A DNA stretch of 63,037 bases, counting the filler, from Neoconidiobolus thromboides FSU 785 (Eukaryota; Fungi; Entomophthoromycota): assembly GCA_025603075.1 (NCBI GenBank). It is 13 parts of 13 records of this genome, joined end to end, with 100 filler letters (N's around TTAATTAATTAA, not from the genome) between each part and the next. Parts side by side here need not be neighbours in the genome. Positions count along the whole stretch, not along the records: positions 55,084 to 63,037 come from MU626692.1; 12 more parts are not named here. One strand, 5' to 3'. The notes beneath the pieces were generated by a model. The model saw only the letters and a list, made by a program, of their open reading frames with translations. It was not told the DNA's origin and ran no database searches. Positions 58,954-63,037 of the stretch are shown here, piece by piece; position 1 is the stretch's first letter, and the number at the start of each line of letters is the position of its first letter. The position numbers and the translations under genes were made by a program.

Positions 58954-60154
58954 AATATACTAGCAATTTGAAGAGAGCTTTAGTTGTTTACTTGTTATTT
59001 ATTTTTGGCTTACCTTTTTTATTTTTGTTATTAAAAATTTAAAAGTGAGATGGTTGGATTACTAAGAAATCCCATTTTATGTCGTCAATGGCCAATCAAT
59101 TGGACTAAAACTCAAACATCTATAGCCAATTATCTGTGCCATAGCCAAGCTCCTTTTTGGCTCAGTCCTTTATATTTTATAAATATAAGATATGAAGATG
59201 TTTCTTGTTTAAGAATTCTACTAATAAATTATTTAGGTTCTTTATTGATGTAAAATGACCAAAAAATCAAATCAAAGGAATTTTATATAATACCATGGGC
59301 CTTTTTTATTTATAAAAAATAAAATAGTTACCACTTTAGAGCTTCAATCTAATTTTTCTTGTAGCAATTAAATCAAACTGATGCTATTAATAGTTAAATT
59401 TAAAGCAAAATTTTTAATGGTAATAAATTTATTATAGCTTAAACTTTAAAAAATTCAATGAACACAAGTGAGCCTGAATTCATAGTAGACTATACAATTT
59501 ATCCAGGTTTTAAAATAAAAGCGTGGTGTTTATTGGGCTCAATATTAAAATATAACATAATGATATAAAAGTAAAAAATAAAATAAACTAAAAACAAACT
59601 ATTATTGGTCTAACCCCAAAAAAACAAAATGAAAGGAACTCTAAAAATGATTTGTTTATCAGATAATAAAGTTTTAACAAGAACAACTTTATTAAAAAAT
59701 AATTTGTGACCAGTTTTTAGTCATCCAAAAGATTATGCTTAATTTATTAGCCTTAATTTTCAACCATAAAAATTACTCCACTTTAAGCAAATTAAAAACT
59801 TGAGGAGGTTGAAAAATAAACCTAAAAGAAACCAATCAGAATAAAGAAGCTATTAATTTTTGCAAGTTGGATTGTTGCGTTTAATTAAGTGGTTAAGTTT
59901 TAGATGGATCAAAATAGAAAAAGTGGAAAAAACTCAAAATAATCAAAAATAAAATTTGTTATTTTTTTAAATAGAGTTGGACTTATCCTTAACTTCAGGA
60001 TCCATTGTTTGGTAATCGAAAATACTTGATATACATATTAAGTCTCTTTAATCATACCTCATTTAGCTTTTAAAAAAAAAGACTAATATATCTTGAGCTT
60101 ATCATTCTATTTTTCTATCATTTTTCTTCTCTTTATTAACAAAGCAAGCAAAGT

Positions 60155-62188
60155 ATGTCGACGCTAAAAGAATCGAGCATCATAAGCGCTATTGGGGGCT
60201 ATGCACAAGACACGACAATTGATAACATTGAACGCTATAAAAGAGTGTTTTACAAATACTCCTCCAAAACGATAGACGGGGAGTGTTATCTTACAAAAGA
60301 AGACTTTATCACGGCTATCTCACCAGACGAAGACTATGCCAACTTGAAGAGGGAACATTATGGTATTTTATTTAATTTAGCAGATACTAGAAAGAGAGGA
60401 TTGTTATCTTTTACCGATTTTGTTGTTTTTGAAGACTTATTAGCCAAACCAGATGCTGAGTATATTATTGCTTTTAAGTTGTTTGATTTAGATAATAGTG
60501 GTAAGGTATCTGTTGATGAATTTAAGTCGGTTTTAAGTCAAAATTGGGACCCAGATTCAGTACCTTTTGATTTCGAGTCAGATTGGTTAAAGATGTATAC
60601 TGGTGGTAAAGGCCCTCAGCATGAAATCCAATTTAATTCTTTTTGTCAATTACTTAAAGGACTTCAAGCAGAAAGGATAAGACAGTCATTTAAATATTTT
60701 GATAAAAACAACGATGGTATCATTGCTCCTCATGAGTTTAAAACTATTGTACAACAAATTTCAAAACACAAATTATCAGACTATGTTATTGAGCATTCCC
60801 CTACCTTAGCTAACGTTTTTGCAGGTAGCAACATTTCATATGCTAATGTGATCGCTTTCCACAATGTCATACGTCAGCTTGATTTAGTTGAATCCATCGT
60901 AGACCAATGTTTAAAACAAAGTAAAACTGGCAGCTTAACACGTGCTGATTTTATGAATACTTCAGCTCAAAGTGCACGTTTTACCTTATTTACTCCAATG
61001 GAAGTGGATATCATCTTTCATTTTGCTGGTTTAAATAACACATCTGGTAGATTAACCAGAGGGGATTTTGACCGTTTGTTTGATCCTACCTGGAAACCAG
61101 CAGCTTCCAATAGCTTTGTTGAAGCCACTAAGAAGGAGAAATCTTCATCTGTGCTTTCGGAAGCTATCAATAGTGCCTATTCATTTATTCTCGGGTCCAT
61201 CGCTGGTGCAGTTGGAGCCACTGTGGTTTATCCTATTGATTTAGTAAAGACGCGTATGCAAAATCAACGCAGTGCTGTTGTAGGTCAAGTGATGTATAAA
61301 AACTCAATCGATTGTTTCCAAAAGGTAATCAAGAATGAAGGTATTTTAGGACTTTATCGAGGATTAGGGCCACAACTTATTGGGGTAGCACCTGAAAAGG
61401 CCATCAAACTTACAATGAATGATTTAGTGAGAAATATATTTACAGATAAAACCAATGGTACCATTCCACTTTGGGCTGAAATTTTAGCTGGTTCATGTGC
61501 TGGTGGGTCACAAGTTGTGTTTACCAATCCATTAGAAATTGTTAAAATTCGTCTTCAAGTTCAAGGCGAATTATCAAAGTCCATGAATGGACCGCCAAAG
61601 CAATCGGCCATTCAAATTGTAAGACAGCTTGGTTTATTTGGACTTTATAAAGGGGTAGGAGCTTGTTTATTACGTGATGTGCCATTTTCAGCCATTTATT
61701 TTTCAGCTTATTCACATATTAAAAAAGATTACTTTAACGAATCAGCAGGTAAAAAGCTTAAGATTAGTGAACTATTGATAGCTGGTGCAGTAGCTGGTAT
61801 GCCAGCCGCATATCTTACTACCCCAGCGGATGTTATAAAAACCCGTCTTCAAGTAGAAGCGCGTAAGGGAGAAACCACATATAAAGGTATTACTGATGCA
61901 GCTCGAAAGATTCTCAAAGAGGAAGGGTTCAGTGCCTTTTTTAAGGGAGGACCAGCACGTATCTTTAGATCTTCACCACAGTTTGGTGTTACACTTGCAG
62001 TATATGAAGTTTTACAAAGAAGCTTTCCACTTAGTAAGGCAGAAGATAAAGTTAACAAGGTTGTTTCTCATGTCATCGCTCCACAAACTACTGCAGACCT
62101 TCAATCACTTAAATCAAGACAGGCTCTTAAATTGTTGCTCAGTTTGGATTATAAGTTTGGACTTGTGGCCCCTAAAACCCGTACTTAA
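60155..62188 (+). CDS. AGC1: Mitochondrial aspartate/glutamate carrier (aralar/citrin-type, EF-hand N-terminus)
   Basis: EF-hands DLDNSGKVSVDEF and DKNNDGIIAPHEF; three Px[DE]xxKxR carrier repeats (PIDLVKTRMQNQR, PLEIVKIRLQ, PADVIKTRLQ); GVAPEKAIKL. Confidence 0.96.
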   Translation: MSTLKESSIISAIGGYAQDTTIDNIERYKRVFYKYSSKTIDGECYLTKEDFITAISPDEDYANLKREHYGILFNLADTRKRGLLSFTDFVVFEDLLAKPDAEYIIAFKLFDLDNSGKVSVDEFKSVLSQNWDPDSVPFDFESDWLKMYTGGKGPQHEIQFNSFCQLLKGLQAERIRQSFKYFDKNNDGIIAPHEFKTIVQQISKHKLSDYVIEHSPTLANVFAGSNISYANVIAFHNVIRQLDLVESIVDQCLKQSKTGSLTRADFMNTSAQSARFTLFTPMEVDIIFHFAGLNNTSGRLTRGDFDRLFDPTWKPAASNSFVEATKKEKSSSVLSEAINSAYSFILGSIAGAVGATVVYPIDLVKTRMQNQRSAVVGQVMYKNSIDCFQKVIKNEGILGLYRGLGPQLIGVAPEKAIKLTMNDLVRNIFTDKTNGTIPLWAEILAGSCAGGSQVVFTNPLEIVKIRLQVQGELSKSMNGPPKQSAIQIVRQLGLFGLYKGVGACLLRDVPFSAIYFSAYSHIKKDYFNESAGKKLKISELLIAGAVAGMPAAYLTTPADVIKTRLQVEARKGETTYKGITDAARKILKEEGFSAFFKGGPARIFRSSPQFGVTLAVYEVLQRSFPLSKAEDKVNKVVSHVIAPQTTADLQSLKSRQALKLLLSLDYKFGLVAPKTRT

Positions 62189-62384
62189 GATTAGTAGTAA
62201 GTGAGTGTTTTAAGCATTCCTCACATGGAAAAATTATAAAAAATAAATAGTAAGTAAATTTTATTACTGTTTGTGTGACTTGTTATATTAAACAAGCGAA
62301 TGATAGATATTTAATTACGTTTGATGTAAATCAATTTTAATTTTCAGTACAAAATAAGCTTTATATTAGGTGATTTCAGTATAT

Positions 62385-62484
62385 AGGGATGTTTTTTTTT
62401 GGTTTCATCACCTTTTCCATTTTTTAAGTGTTATTTGAATGGAAAAATTGTTGATAAAATTCTTAAACAAAAAAATACATCCCC
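62385..62484 (+). mobile_element. MITE copy
   Basis: Full length, ATAT/ATAT flanks. Confidence 0.88.
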
Positions 62485-62750
62485 ATATTCTACATAGATT
62501 TGTTATAAAAAATTTAGTGAAACTATTGGTTGCAATACTGTTTTTTTACAGTAATTTTATAATGTATTTATATAGTACTATCATTTTAGATTTGGTCAAA
62601 TAAAACAAGAATAACGAAAACATCAAATAGTGTTTTAAGTCAAAACTACCTTTAGGCCATGAGCTGATTAATAGTTGACTCCATTTATTTTGTAAATCAA
62701 TTGTCGTTTTTTCATTTGAGCTATCACTAGCCGAGTAAAAGTTATCATTC

Positions 62751-63037
62751 ATCGATAAAATCTAATCATTGACATTATTTATATTCTATTAAAGTAGTAT
62801 TTTTGGCCTCATAGGACTTTAAGTTCCACTTAATCTACAACATCATCAAAAACAGAATGGACTCCTAACCCAGACAAAGCCTTGAATTAGTTTGTAGTAA
62901 TATATATTAATATCAATATTGACCCACCGAAAAAAATTGATGTTACAAAGACTTATATTCCAGATTATTATAGAGAATTGAGTTACAACATCATTAAAGA
63001 TAAGCTAATTAAAGAGATCGGTAAATACCCTATTGAA
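62751..63037 (+). pseudogene. Decayed inverted paralog of the 55084-55398 gene; last 95 nt identical to it
   Basis: LAS*DFKFHLIYNIIKNRMDS*PRQS.. with stops and a frameshift; 62943-63037 is the exact reverse complement of 55084-55178. Confidence 0.88.

Noticed and set aside
60155-62188. EF-hand extension of AGC1 as unusual
   Set aside because: Standard aralar/citrin architecture
1319-62484. Dispersed ~99-bp repeat read as a CRISPR array or REP-like element
   Set aside because: Irregular spacing, both orientations, terminal inverted repeats, no cas genes and a eukaryotic context

Overview
AT-rich eukaryotic (fungal) genomic scaffold. It has short (~47-61 nt) GT-AG introns and 13 contigs joined by 12 artificial 100-nt gaps, each 44 N + TTAATTAATTAA + 44 N. 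Gene content and style suggest an early-diverging fungus, probably Entomophthoromycotina (Conidiobolus-like); this is inference. The left 18 kb holds a six-copy, intronless array of ADH6/CAD-type Zn alcohol dehydrogenases (one 5'-truncated by the window edge, one pseudogene), split by RPL30 and a STE11/Byr2 MAPKKK. Further genes: an Mps1-like probable pseudokinase, a GLI-like C2H2 factor, a flavoprotein monooxygenase fragment, an F-box/LRR protein, secreted I78-type protease inhibitor(s), a secreted RR-repeat protein, a claudin/SUR7-like protein, a DUF4436-type membrane protein, an OCRL/INPP5B 5-phosphatase, a GPCR fragment, a degenerate Zn2Cys6 gene, METTL25-like, NXT3/G3BP and AGC1. About 25 copies of a ~99-bp MITE and several pieces of a 440-bp LTR fill the intergenic space. 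Best leads: (1) the DUF4436-type protein carries pentameric ligand-gated ion channel (Pro-loop) motifs; (2) a Kex2-type repeat peptide precursor spans gap 4; (3) two ~8-kb contigs are each bounded by exact 95-bp inverted identities, one pairing an intact and a decayed hydrolase 5' end (possible invertible segment); (4) the Mps1-like pseudokinase; (5) the MITE family itself, with a nested copy, CpG decay and an intron-like module. All family calls come from motif recognition; no database searches were run.
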